Assembly: GCF_016432865.1 (NCBI RefSeq)
Contig: NC_067400.1
Location: 518,816,001 to 518,880,000, forward strand
Origin: Antechinus flavipes
Taxonomy: Eukaryota
DNA length: 64,000 nt
Direction: 5' to 3'
Part shown: positions 23,931-35,779 of the stretch, one piece after another
How positions within the stretch are numbered: position 1 is the stretch's first letter
Layout of the letters: the number at the start of each line of letters is the position of its first letter
The notes under the pieces: generated by a model
Database searches by the model: none
What the model saw: only the letters and a program-made list of their open reading frames with translations
What the model was told of the DNA's origin: nothing
Program-made: the position numbers and the translations under genes

Positions 23931-25734
23931 TCAATATGTCAATAACTCAGTGGGTTCCATACACAACTGTGTGTCATAAGCTGGACAACATGCAGGTGTC
24001 TTCCTTCTACATGGTTTTATTCATACACATCTCTCCTGTGTTCCCACTGCAATTACTCTGTAATCCCACTGCAATCCAGCCCTCATCTCCCATTCTCTTC
24101 CCAACTATTATAATGGCTCTTAAGTCATCTTTACTTCAACTGTGCACTTAATTAATTTCAACAAACATTAAATGCCTTCTTGATGCAGAACATTAGTGTA
24201 GGAACTATTTCGACGTTTATTTAAGATAGTCTTTGCTCTTATGTAATTTATAGTCTTGTAGAAGGAAAAGGCACACAGAGATAAGTAAAAATGCACTATA
24301 ATATAAAATAGCCCATCAATACACATTTATTAAGGACATACAGTTTGCCAAATGGAGGCAGCATGGTGACACAGTGGCTAGAGCATAATGTCTGGAATCA
24401 GGAAGATCTGAGTTCAAAACCAACCTCAGATACTCAAAAGCTTTGTGACCCAGGACATTTAACCCTGTTTGCCTCAGTTCCTCATCTGTAAAATGAACTG
24501 GAGAAGGAAATAGAAAACCACTCCAGTATCCCTGTCAAGAAAACCCCATACAGGGTCACAAAGAGTTGTACATGACTTATTGACTGAACAGTAACAAATG
24601 TTCCAGAAACTGTGCTAAGTGCTGGACATACATAAAGAGGCAAAAGATAGCCCTTTCAAGGAATTTACAATCTGATAGTGGTAATAGTACCTACCACACT
24701 TGGTTATTGTGAGGAATGTTTTGTAAAAAATCATAATTATGAACATGAAAGAAAGATATGGAGGCAACTGGGGAAAAACTAGTCATAGGTTATGAATATT
24801 TTTACTTGTTTAAGGATGGCACTGGGGAAGGCTGCCATGGCAATGTGAGTGTTGCCTCCCACTTGGTGCTCTGCCAAGATTCAGCAGCAGACTATTTCCT
24901 GGAGAGTTCAGTTTCCATAGTGATAGCCTCTCACTTGAGGTTACTGAGTGAAATGGGCATGAAAAATCTTAAAGCAACATAGAAAAAGTCATCTTGCGCT
25001 GAGGTTGAAAATAATAAATTTGCTGGCAGCTATGGAAGCTTTTTCTCATTGTCCAGCTTCAAAGAACTAGCTTCTATGAGTGTCAAGGTCTGGTGCAGTT
25101 GACTCAAAGTGAGCTGTAGAATGAATAGGAGTGATTGTCCCAAAGCCATATGAATTTTTAGTTTTAGTGGGGAGCAGCAGCAGAATTGGAACCCAAATCC
25201 TCTGATTCAAAATATATTCCTTTTTTACATTCATAATGACTCAGAAGTGAGAAATCCACTTTTCTGTCCTCAGTTTACTTACAGCGTGCCTGAGGGCAAA
25301 ATCCTTGAAAATTAAATGAGTAACTATTTATTGAATACATCCTTGTGCTGTTCTCACATCCTCACTGTGGAAATAACCCAACTCTTAGCTGCTTTGAAGC
25401 ATTGCTGAATGAGAAAGTCTTAAGTAAATCACTAATGGTGTAGTCCATACTTCAATCTGCTTCAGAGAAAACTGCAGCTCACCATTGGGAGGTAGAGGGA
25501 TCTTCTAGGGTGAGAAGGCAGCTGAGACATGATGTTTGTTGAAATAAAGTAAGCTTAATTTGGGGAAGCCTTAGTTTCATTTATAAAATGAGATTGAAGT
25601 CCCTTCTAGCTGTGTTTGAAGACAAACCAGAATGAGTTGTAAATCTCCCCTCTCCCATAGCCAAACCCACATAAAGCAGGTTTCAATTGATGTAGTTTTG
25701 TGCATGGTTAAAAAAAAAATCTCCTCTCCCTTAC

Positions 25735-26000
25735 CCCCTCTCTGTTTCTGTCTGTCTCTCTGTCTCTCTCTGTGTGTCTGTCTCTTCCTCTGTGTGTCTT
25801 TTTCTCCCTCTCCCTCTTTCTTGCACTTGCTCTCTCTATCCCTTGCTCTCTGTCTTCCTCCCTCCTCCCTCCTCTCTCCTCTCTTTTCTACCTCTCTGTC
25901 TCTCTTTCTCTGTCTCTGTTTCTATCTGTCTTTCTCTTTCACTCTCTTTCTCTTTCCTACCTCTCTTCTTCTCTTCTCTCTATCTATCTGTCTTTGTCTC
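25735..26000. repeat. (CT)n/(CTGT)n low-complexity pyrimidine tract
   Basis: tctgtctctctgtctctctctgtgtgtctgtctc... Confidence 0.9.
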
Positions 26001-27429
26001 TGTATTCCTCATACACAAGACATGCATTTTTCACTATATAAAATATATTAGAAGGCAATTTGTTGTTGCCCTTTTCTGAGCTGTGGGAGACATGTCATGT
26101 GTGAGTAGATGGTGCTACTCTTATAGGACCATCCGTGCATTTGGTAATGTCTAAAAACGTCGAGTCTAAAGACAGTCTGCACATCCTTTCTGTATCTGCA
26201 GCTAATGGTTTCTGTTGCTGTTCAGTCAAGTCTGCTTTTTCAGAAAACATTTGTTACTCATGCACAAGTGAAAAATCTCAAATCTTTCTCATCCTTTTCT
26301 ATAGTTAGCCTAAAGACCTTGGCACCTTAGTAGCACTGTATTGAAAAGCACACTGGACTGACAGTGACTGACCTAGGAACTGGAAAGGAGACTCAGAGAA
26401 ATCACCTCATATAATTTGGGCCAATTGGGTCTGCATAGCATTCAGTACTGAGGTGTAATGACAAATGGGGGGATAGGACTCAGGACACTTTCTCCCACTT
26501 GTTGAGTCGATTCAGTCATGTCTAACTCTTCTTGTCCCCATTTGGGGTTTTCTTGACAAAATACTGGAGGGATTTGCCATTTCCTCATCTTACAGATGAG
26601 GAAACTGAAGCAAACAGGATTAAGTGACTTGTCCAAGGTCACACAGTTTGTAGGAAGTTTGAAGCTAGATTTGAACTCAAATTCTCCTGACTCCAGGGTC
26701 AGAGCTCTAGCCACTGCACCACCTAGCTGCTCATGTGTGAGTAGGTGCTCCAGTACTATTAAAAACAACTCAAATATCTATTGCCATTGAAAGTTTACAA
26801 AATACTAAGGGGCCCCAGCTCCAAGCTCACACTCAGATTGGGCACCTGACCTGTCATAGAGAAATTGGGTTTTATCATTGTCTCTGGGGTTGTCATTATG
26901 TACCAATCCCAGAACTCTGGCAGAAATATGGCTCATGTCTAGGGTTTCTGGGTTACAATGTGAAATAGATGTAAGGCTGCTATTTATTTTGTCCACACAA
27001 AATAAATGCTTAATGCATAAAAGATTCATAAACACACACTGACAAAGATTTAAAACATGAAACATTAGCCTAGAACTAACTGCATTATTTATTGCAAATC
27101 ACCAAATCCTTCATTGTTGAGCCAAAAGACATGTGGCTCACCAGAAGTGACCAGGAGAGTTCAGCTCAGTTTCTTGCAGGTTATGTGCCAGGCATTATGC
27201 TAGCACTTTTTACAAATATTATTTCATTTAACTCTGAGAGGCAGGTTCTATTATTGTTCACATTTTACAGATAGGGAACCTGAGGCATAAAAAGGTTATG
27301 TGACTTACTAAAGATCAGACAACTAACAAGTAAATGTCTGAGGCTGGATTTGAACTCTGATTCCTTTATCCAGTACTCTATCCACTTATGGTACCACCTG
27401 GAATTTCCTTCCCATTTCTTTCTGTTTGT

Positions 27430-30060
27430 TTTGTGTGTTGAGTTAGCCAACTTCTTGGGGGAGTAAATCATGAATTCCTGTTTCCCAAACTTAATATATT
27501 CAAAATAGAATACACTGGTTCTTCCCCCATACCCACTCATTCTCCAGTGTTCACTTCCTATTTCTGTTGAAGGGAACCACCATCCATTTCAGTCACCCTG
27601 ACTCACAACCTCAAATATTTGATTCTTTTTTCTCTTATCCCCGTAACCAATCAGCTGTCAAATCTTGCCATTTTGCCCTCACAATGTTTTTAACTTCCAT
27701 ATCTTTTTTCCCACTCATGCAACCACTTCTCTAATTCAAGCCCTTATCATCTCTTGCCCATACTATTGCAATACTAAATGATTGCCATATTTCCATTATC
27801 TCTCTTCTCCAATCTATCCTCCACACATCTGCCAAATTAATATCTTTAAAATGTAACTTTGACCACGTCACTGTCCTATTCAAGTACTGAGCATAAGATT
27901 AGCTTTTTGAGCATCCAATCAAATCAGTCTTTCCTCCAGTTTGCCAACAAAACTCAAACAATAAAATTAAGACTTGTGAAAGTTACAGCTGCAATGTCTT
28001 AGAAGACTGAGCCTTGAAATCAAGGCCAGTAGAAGTCCTATAGTTTACAGACTTGATTTTCTCTTCTTTTTTGAAAATCAAGACTGACTTCCTTCAGGCC
28101 CTGTTAATTGATTTAATTAATTAAAGTCCCACCTTATTCAGGAAGTCCTTCCCAATCTCCCTCAATATTAGTGCTATCATTCTTTGGATTATTTAAAATT
28201 TATCCTGTATAAAGCCTATTGTACATAGTGTCTCCTCCATTTGATTATGAACTATTTGAGGATTGTTTACTTATTTCAATCATGTCCAACTCTTTATGTC
28301 CTCATTCAAGACTTTCTTGGCAGAGATACTGGAGCAATTTGCCATTTTCTTCTCCAGCTCATTTCACAGATGAGGAAACTAAGGCAAACAGGATCAAGTG
28401 ACTTGTTAAGGGACACACAGCTAGGAAGTATCTTTCTGCCTCTAGGTCCAATGCTTTATCCACTGTGTCATCTAGTTGCCCGTACTTGAGAACAAGGGAC
28501 TCTCTTTTTGCATTTCTTTGTATCCTCAGTGCTTAACACTGTTCCAGGAACACAGTAGGGGCTTAAAGTGCTCACTGAGTGAGCACAATAACTTTTCTCC
28601 AGTCCTGTGTAATTCTCTAGTTTCATGGTCTCTCAAACATCACTGTCAGTTACTTGACAGTCACATCTGCCAGTTCTCTCAGTAGCTAAGGATGAAATTA
28701 TTTAGATCTTGAGACTCCTATTCATCAAGAATAACTAGTTGCTTTCTTATTATCTCCTGAATTATCCTGAGGAGCAGCTCCTCTTTTAGCCACTTTTCTT
28801 CTAATTTTTTCAATCCAAAGATCATTTTTCTTAATATTTTAATAATATTAAAAACAAGAATAGAAGAAAGAAGAAAATTACAAAGTGGGCTACAATGTCT
28901 TATCTCAGTCATACTGTGTTCCCATACTGACTGTGTTCCCATTCACCTCCAGCAGAGGTAACATCCCTTCATTAATCTAAATTTAATTCCTTTCTTCTTC
29001 TTTTCCCTAATATGGCTTTAAAAAAACTACCTATCCTTTTTATTGTCCCTGGCTTTCCTTACCAATCTCAGTTCATTCTGAACTGTCACTATTTTTTTTA
29101 ACATTATGTCATGTTTTCTAGTTATCACCAACTCCCCTCCCTTCTTCTACATGCGTTTCAAATTTAAGGCAAAATAAATCTGAGCTGGTCAATGAATTCC
29201 ACACCCATTTCTTTTGACAACTCGCATTTTTCATGGTCATTGATATCCTTCCTCTTTGATTCTTCAAAATTTTGCATTCGAGAGTCATAGAATATTATCT
29301 ATCCTTTCTCTAAGCCAGAAATTCTTAACCTGAGGTCTGTGACTATGTATTTTATAGATTTTTATAATTGTATTTCAACGTAAATCCCATGCATTTTGTG
29401 CATAATATTTTATGCATTTAAAAATATTATTCAAACAAGGGGTTCGTAGGGGTCTATGACACAAAAGAGGTTAAAAAAACTCTGCTCAAAACCTTTGAAA
29501 TCTGCTTTCCCGAAGCCTAGGATGCTTGTCAACCAATAACAAGCATTTATATGTATCAGGCACCATACTAAGCACTGGGGATACACAATATAAAAAATGA
29601 AAAAAACCCTATTTAGCTCTAAATCTGTGTTTCTGTGAGTCTCCTCAGAAGGATCTTATATTTTATTGGGGAAGACAACATGTGCATATGTATTATAGAA
29701 CATAGAAATCTATAATACAGTAATATTAGGAAGCTATAATGCTATGATTTATATTGATAGACATATATATATTTAAATGAGTAATACAATGGATTATGTA
29801 CAAATTGTGGCAGAGGATGTTGACAGTTGAGATCCAGAAAGAGCTCCTAAAGAAAGTCATCCTTCAGCTAAATCAGGAAGGACTGAGTGATTTTGTGAGA
29901 CAAAGGTGAGGAAGGAATACATGCTGGGCACTGAGAAAAGAGATGGGATATGTAAGGAAAAGAAAGAAGGCCAACTTGGCTAGACCACAGTGAGAGAATG
30001 GCAAGTGGGGATGGAACTATATTGGCTTAGGCCAGGCTGTGAAAGATTTTTAAATGTCAA
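27430..30060. mobile_element. Cluster of L2 fragments in both orientations, with nested SINE and MITE
   Basis: L2 motifs gaattcctgtttccc...cttcccctatacc (27470), ccatccatttcagtcacc (27580), and antisense L2 tail aacaagcatttat...ggcaccatactaagcactggggatac (29537). Confidence 0.6.
29316..29484 (+). mobile_element. Older hAT/Charlie-type MITE
   Basis: Imperfect TIRs cagaaattcttaacct and aggttaaaaaaactctg with an AT-rich interior. Confidence 0.6.
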
Positions 30061-31319
30061 AGAAGGCAGAGTCCAAACAGCAGAATAACAAAAAGAAGTA
30101 TAGTGAGCTCAGATTTCAAAAATGTGCCAGACCAAATCCTGAAGAGTGTTTTTGTCAGCACCAAAAACAAAAATCCTAATTAGCAAATCCAAGAAAAAAA
30201 ATCATGACTTAATTTTTCTAGTCCAGGGAGATAGGGTTTAAAAGCAATAGAAGTGGGTCTAACCTGGAGTACATCACATAAAAACTTTTAGATCAGGAAG
30301 AGTTTACACAAAGCAAGATGAGATCTCTGATCCTATATAGAGGGGCTTAAATATGCATAGGGTATGGGAGCAGGAGCTGACTGGCAACTCTGTGGCTCAC
30401 CTCCAAGTTCCAGGTCACAGATTCAAGATGCAACAATGAGGGGTCCTGCATCTAAGGTGGTATTCTGGGGTGATTCTACGGCTGTTCTTTTTAAAAGTTT
30501 GGTGGTGTAGTACTGTGCCTGAAGTTAGAGGATCTGAGTTTAATTCAGCCTCAGACACTTTCTAGCTATGTGACTATGGGCAAGTCCCTTAACTCTGTTT
30601 ACCTCAGTTTTCTCATCTGTAAAATGAGCTGGAGGAGAAAATGACAATCCACTCCAGCATCTCTGCTGAGAAAACTCTAGATGAGGTCATAAAGAGTTGG
30701 ACACAACTGAAATGATTCCACAATAACAACAAAGGTCTGAAATTTAGGAGTTATACTTCACGTGACCTTTCTGTATATTGTATAGGGTACAAAGTTGAGA
30801 GTGGCCCATTCTGAGCTTTCAAAAGGAAGTAGAATAGAGTCCTTTAAGGCAACCCTTTCAGGATATATGAACAATTTCTCATTCAAACTTGACAGAATTA
30901 TATGGGGCTATCCATTGGATAATAATAGCTAGTATTTATATATAGTTATAAAGTTTGCAAAGCACTTAAAATCTGCCATCTTATTTGATCCTTACAGCTC
31001 TGTGACGTAGGTTCTGTTTTATCCTTGTTTTATTGATGAGGAAACAGGTTTAGAGAGAAAAAAAGTGATTTGCCAACATCACACAGCTGGCCAATGTCTG
31101 AGACAAAGTTCAAACTTAGGTCCTTTTTTTCACCAAGCTCAGTGCTCTGTCTTCCATGACATCATAATCACTTTAGTTGACTAAAGAATTATACATACCC
31201 CTGATAGCCTTTAAATAGTAAGCTAAGCCAGCCCTGAGTCAATCTCTCTCCCTCTCTCCCTCCCTCCCTTCCTCATCTTTCTTCCTTGTATCTGTTTATC
31301 TGTCTGTCTCTCTAGCTTT

Positions 31320-32445
31320 AAAAAAAAATTCAATAGTATTTTCTTTTCCCAATTACATGTAAAGATAGTTCTCAACATTTACTTTTTTTTTTTTTTAAAG
31401 ATTTTAAGTTCCAAAATGTTTATCTTACTCCCTCCCTTACCTCTCTCCTCCCTAAGACAGCAAGCAATCTGATATAGGTTATATGTATACAAGTGTATTT
31501 TCATATTAATCATATTGTGAAAGAAAAATTAGAACAAAAGAAATAAAACATAAGAAAGAAAAGCAAAAAAAAAATAAAGGTGAAAATAGTATGCTTTGAT
31601 CTACATTCAGTCTTCGTAGTTTTCTTTCTGGATGTGGATGGCATTAACCTCCCAAGTCTATTGGAATTGTATTGCTAGAAGAGCTAAGTCTATTATAGTT
31701 GATCATCACACAGTCTTGCTATTACTGTGTATAATGTTCTCCTGGTTCTGCTCCCTGTATTCCACATTAATTCATGCAAGTCTTTCCAGGCTTTTCTGAA
31801 ATCAGCCTGCTCATCATTTCTTTTAAAACAATAAAATGCCATTACATTTATATATTCATATATCGTAATTTATTCAACCATTCTCCAACTGATGGGCATC
31901 CACTCAATTTCTGGTTCATTGCCATTACAAAAATAACTGCAAAAATAATTACAAAAATAAAATTTTTTGCACATGTGGGTTCTTTCCTTTTTTAATAGTC
32001 TCTTTGAGATATAGACCCAGTAGTGACACTGCTGAATCAAAAGATATGCATAATTTTAAAGCCCTTTGACCATAGTTCTAAATTGTTCTCTTAAATGGTT
32101 GGATCAGTTCACAACTCCACCAACAATGTATTAGTGTTCCGGTTTTCCCCTCCAACATTTATCATTATCTTTTCCTGTCATCTTAGCCAATCTGATAGGT
32201 GTGAGGTGGTACCTCAGAGTTGTTTCAATTTGCATTTCTCTAATCAATGGTGATTTTGAGCATTTTTTCATGTAACTATAGATGGCTTTAATTTCATCTA
32301 AAATTGTTCATATTCTTTGAGTATTTATCAATTGGGGAATGACTTGTATTTTACAGCTTTGCCTCGGTTCTCTATAATTTTAGAAATGAGGCTTTTATTA
32401 GAAACATTGGCTGTAAATTTTTTTTTCCCTCAGCATTCCAGTTCA
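31320..32445 (-). mobile_element. L1 3' end, about 1.1 kb
   Basis: Antisense L1 3'UTR plus ORF2 end (ccaatctgataggtgtgaggtggtacctcagagttgtttcaatttgcatttctctaatc). Confidence 0.9.
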
Positions 32446-34009
32446 TTTCTAAACTTGACCAATCTTGAGTCTTAAAAGAGGGAGCTGTTCTCTGGAAGAG
32501 CGACAAGGGAAGAGTCAAAAAATAATTCCCTCTTAAGAGCAGGATTCTTTCCTCCTTAGCTAACTCTGCTATTCTGCCAGAGAGGATCCCCTCCTTCAAC
32601 TTTTGCCCTCCTTGTGATCTAATGACTTCTTTGGGATTTATTGGCATAGCTGGTGCCATTTCCAGATGATCTAAATTGTAATACCACTGAATGGACTACA
32701 ATAATCAATAATGGTTCAGGGCAAAGCATTAGTGGAAGAGGTACAAATTTGAGGTGAGGCATTTCTCTATCTTTATAGAGCTCATATTTTAGTAATTATA
32801 CACAGATTATCTATTATACTCATTAACACATGAGTACATAAGAAAGAGGTAAGTAAAGTACCAGGTGAGATCTGAGGAGGAAAATCCTTATCAACCAGAG
32901 GTAGTGTGGTGAATAAGATGCTGATCTTGTCCAAAAAATTTAGATTCCCAATTCTGTTGCTCCTCACTATATGCCCCAGGGCAAGTGGCTTAACCTCAGC
33001 TTCAGTTTCCTGCATCTCTAAAATGGGAGGGGTGAATAAGATGGGTCCTGTAATCCATCTATAAATTTTTTAACCTTGGAGTTCAAGGAGGTCTAAAGGG
33101 GTACTTAGCACCTGGAAGAGAGTCTTAAACATAGAAATTATCTTTTAAAACATCAAATTGAGTTGAATTCAATTGAATTGAGGGAAGATTTTGGTAAGCA
33201 AATAAGAAGGAAGACATTTTAGGCACAGGAAAGAATGTGAATGTAAGACAACACTTGGAGACAAGATGGCCTGAAGTATGTCCCATGGGGTCATAGAGCT
33301 GTGGGGTTTGGAGGAAGCATTAGAATTGTTGTTGTTTGTACTTTGTGCTTGAGAGGACCAAAATAACATCATGGTGTCAGGTCAATGTACACTGTCTGGC
33401 TATGGCTGATCAGACCAGTACAAGCTTGGAAGACTGAACAGAGAAGAGATAGTGGGAAAGGTTGTCAAGGGAGAAGATTCTTAGTGGTTCCTTTGCCTTG
33501 GTCATTTAGGATTGCAATTTACTTAATGATTGTCTTCAATTTGTCAGCAGGAAAATATGATATGATTATAGTTTTAAACAGAAGCAATGTCACTCATCTG
33601 TTGTTAGCAGAACATGCAAATGTCACTTCCTGGGCCTCAATTTACTCCTCTATGAAATGAAGCTTGCATTTCTAAAATTGTTCTCAGCTCTAGCATCCTG
33701 TGTTCTTTGTTCCAAGATTCCTCCTGTGGCCAGACATTTTGTGATTTTTGTGATTTGGCTTAATACATTATTAGACATACAATGCTCAATAGACATTTGT
33801 GGACTTACCTATGTATTCCAGACTTTCTCCAATTGAAGTAATGTTTATCGTGTATTCTAAACATAGTACAGTGAGAAAAGGCATGGACTTGGAGTCCTAA
33901 GGTTTGAGTTAAAATCCTGGCTCCACAATTGATAGTCGTACGTGACTTGACTCGAGTCATTTAACCTCTTGAACCTAAAATGAAATGTTTTGGAAAGATG
34001 GGAAGGCAG

Positions 34010-34172
34010 GGAAGAAGGCAGAAAGGCAAGCAGGAGGAAAGGCAGGCAGGAAGTCAGGCAAGGAGAAAGGAAAAAAGGAAGGAAGGAAAGAAGGAAGGAA
34101 GGAAGGAAGGAAGGAAGGAAGGAAGGAAGGAAGGAGGGAGGGAAGGAGAGAAGGAAGGGAAGGATGAAGGAA
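34010..34172. repeat. (GGAA)n microsatellite
   Basis: ggaaggaaggaaggaaggaagg... Confidence 0.95.
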
Positions 34173-34670
34173 GATGCTACATCAAACTAGAACACAAAGG
34201 GCTTGGGGAGGATTAATAGAAGGAACTGGGATAATTAATCTGAAAGAGAGAAAGACTTAATGGGAAGCACCATCACTCCCTTCAATCATGTGAAGATCTA
34301 TAATGAGAAAGAACCATTAAAAAGCAATCTAATGTGACCCTAGTGGAAAGAACTAGAGACCAATAGTGACAAGTGATAGAAAGGTACATTTTGACCCAAT
34401 ATAAGGAAGAACACTTTAACACTAGAACTGTTCAATAGTAGCAAATACTACCTCATGAAAAGTAACAAAGCAGAGAATGAATGGCTACCCCACAACAATA
34501 TTGAAGAAAAGGTTCATGCATGAAATAGGGGGTTGGCCAACATGTCTTATAAGGTCCATCCTCGTCCAAGATTCAGTGATTCTAAGTACTCTTTGCTGTA
34601 CCTTACTCTCCAGATGACTAGCCACAAATATATTTTATATTTTTGTGCATATTTTTTTTTTGAATTGCAG

Positions 34671-34884
34671 AAATGAATTCAGAGCGTGGACGGATATTAA
34701 GCCTGTGAAACCTATCCGAGCCAAGTCCCAGTATAAGCCCCCGGAGGACAAGATGGTTCACGAAACCAGCTATAGTGCCCAGTTCAAGGGTGAGCCAAAC
34801 AAGCCCACACCAGCAGAGAATAAAGTCATTGATCGCAGAAGAATCCGCAGCCTTTATAGTGAACCTTTCAAGGAGTCATCCAAG
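34671..34884 (+). CDS. MAP6: MAP6 (STOP) internal coding exon, equivalent to human exon 2; Mn3 microtubule-stabilising and calmodulin-binding region
   Basis: Acceptor ttttttttgaattgcag|A (phase 2) and donor AAG|gtgagc (phase 0); 214 bp. Translation NEFRAWTDIKPVKPIRAKSQYKPPEDKMVHETSYSAQFKGEPNKPTPAENKVIDRRRIRSLYSEPFKESSK closely matches mammalian MAP6 as I recall it. Confidence 0.97.
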
Positions 34885-35779
34885 GTGAGCTGTGTAGCAA
34901 AGCCAACATGGGGGAACACATTGGCATTTTCCTGTATTCTCAGGGCACAAGAACCCAGGCCCACCCTAAAGGAAAGCCTCAACAGATGTTGCCAAAGATG
35001 CAGCTGTAACAGTAACAATAATTGTAATAGCTCATCCTGATGTAGCACTTCTAAGATTTGCACAGTGCTTTCTAAACAACCTTGTGCTGCAAAAAGTTCA
35101 AGTGTTGTTACACCAGTGTCCATTAAAAGAATGAGGACAGGGTGGTCAGGAGAAAGTGAAGAACTGCCTGTGATACACAGCTAGGAAATGTCTGTGATAC
35201 AAAGTAACCCCTTCCTAGCCCTTTCCTTTACCCTGACTGGTTAAGAACCCAGGCAGCTAGCAGCAGAGCCTGGTGCACAATTTTCTCTGTCCCCAAAGAA
35301 ATACAGATTTAGATACCATGGACCTCCCAGGACTCCCAAGAGCTGATAGTGCGTTGCTACAATCAGGGCTCACCTGCCATTCTAGCTCTTTCCCTTAGTC
35401 ATTATAGTCCCAGTATAGGACCCAGTAAAGTATAGATCCAACATAAAACTTTCTGGCCTGGGGGAAGAACAGGTGACACTTTCATTGGAGCTCTTGGCCA
35501 CAGTTGTAGCATTCTCTTTCCCATAATTCTACTCCATCAAAACTGAACAACTTATCTGTTAAATTCTGTTACAAAGATCCACAAGGAACTTTTGGATTTT
35601 TGTAGCTATTCTAGAGATGTCTTGAATATTACTTAAAGGAAATTATTTCTTTATACAGAAATTTTCATTGTAATGGAATCTCTAGTCTTGACCTTTCTAT
35701 TTCTTCATAGATCTTGTATTTACATTTGCGTTCTTGCATTGCATTCCATACCTCACTGTTAATAGTATAATGCTCTAGG

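Noticed and set aside
23717-24151. Long ORFs at 23717, 25632-26079, 33980-34216 and 47105-47614
   Set aside because: Produced by low-complexity simple repeats that lack stop codons.
30260-30480. Possible solo-LTR fragments (also 20560-20860 and 36080-36400)
   Set aside because: LTR-like composition only; no TG...CA ends, TSD or internal retroviral sequence that I can verify.
34885-35040. Continuation of the ORF-track frame 34645..35040 beyond ...KESSK, and its GTG start
   Set aside because: MAP6 similarity stops at the gtgagc donor and starts at the acceptor; the extensions are intronic read-through.
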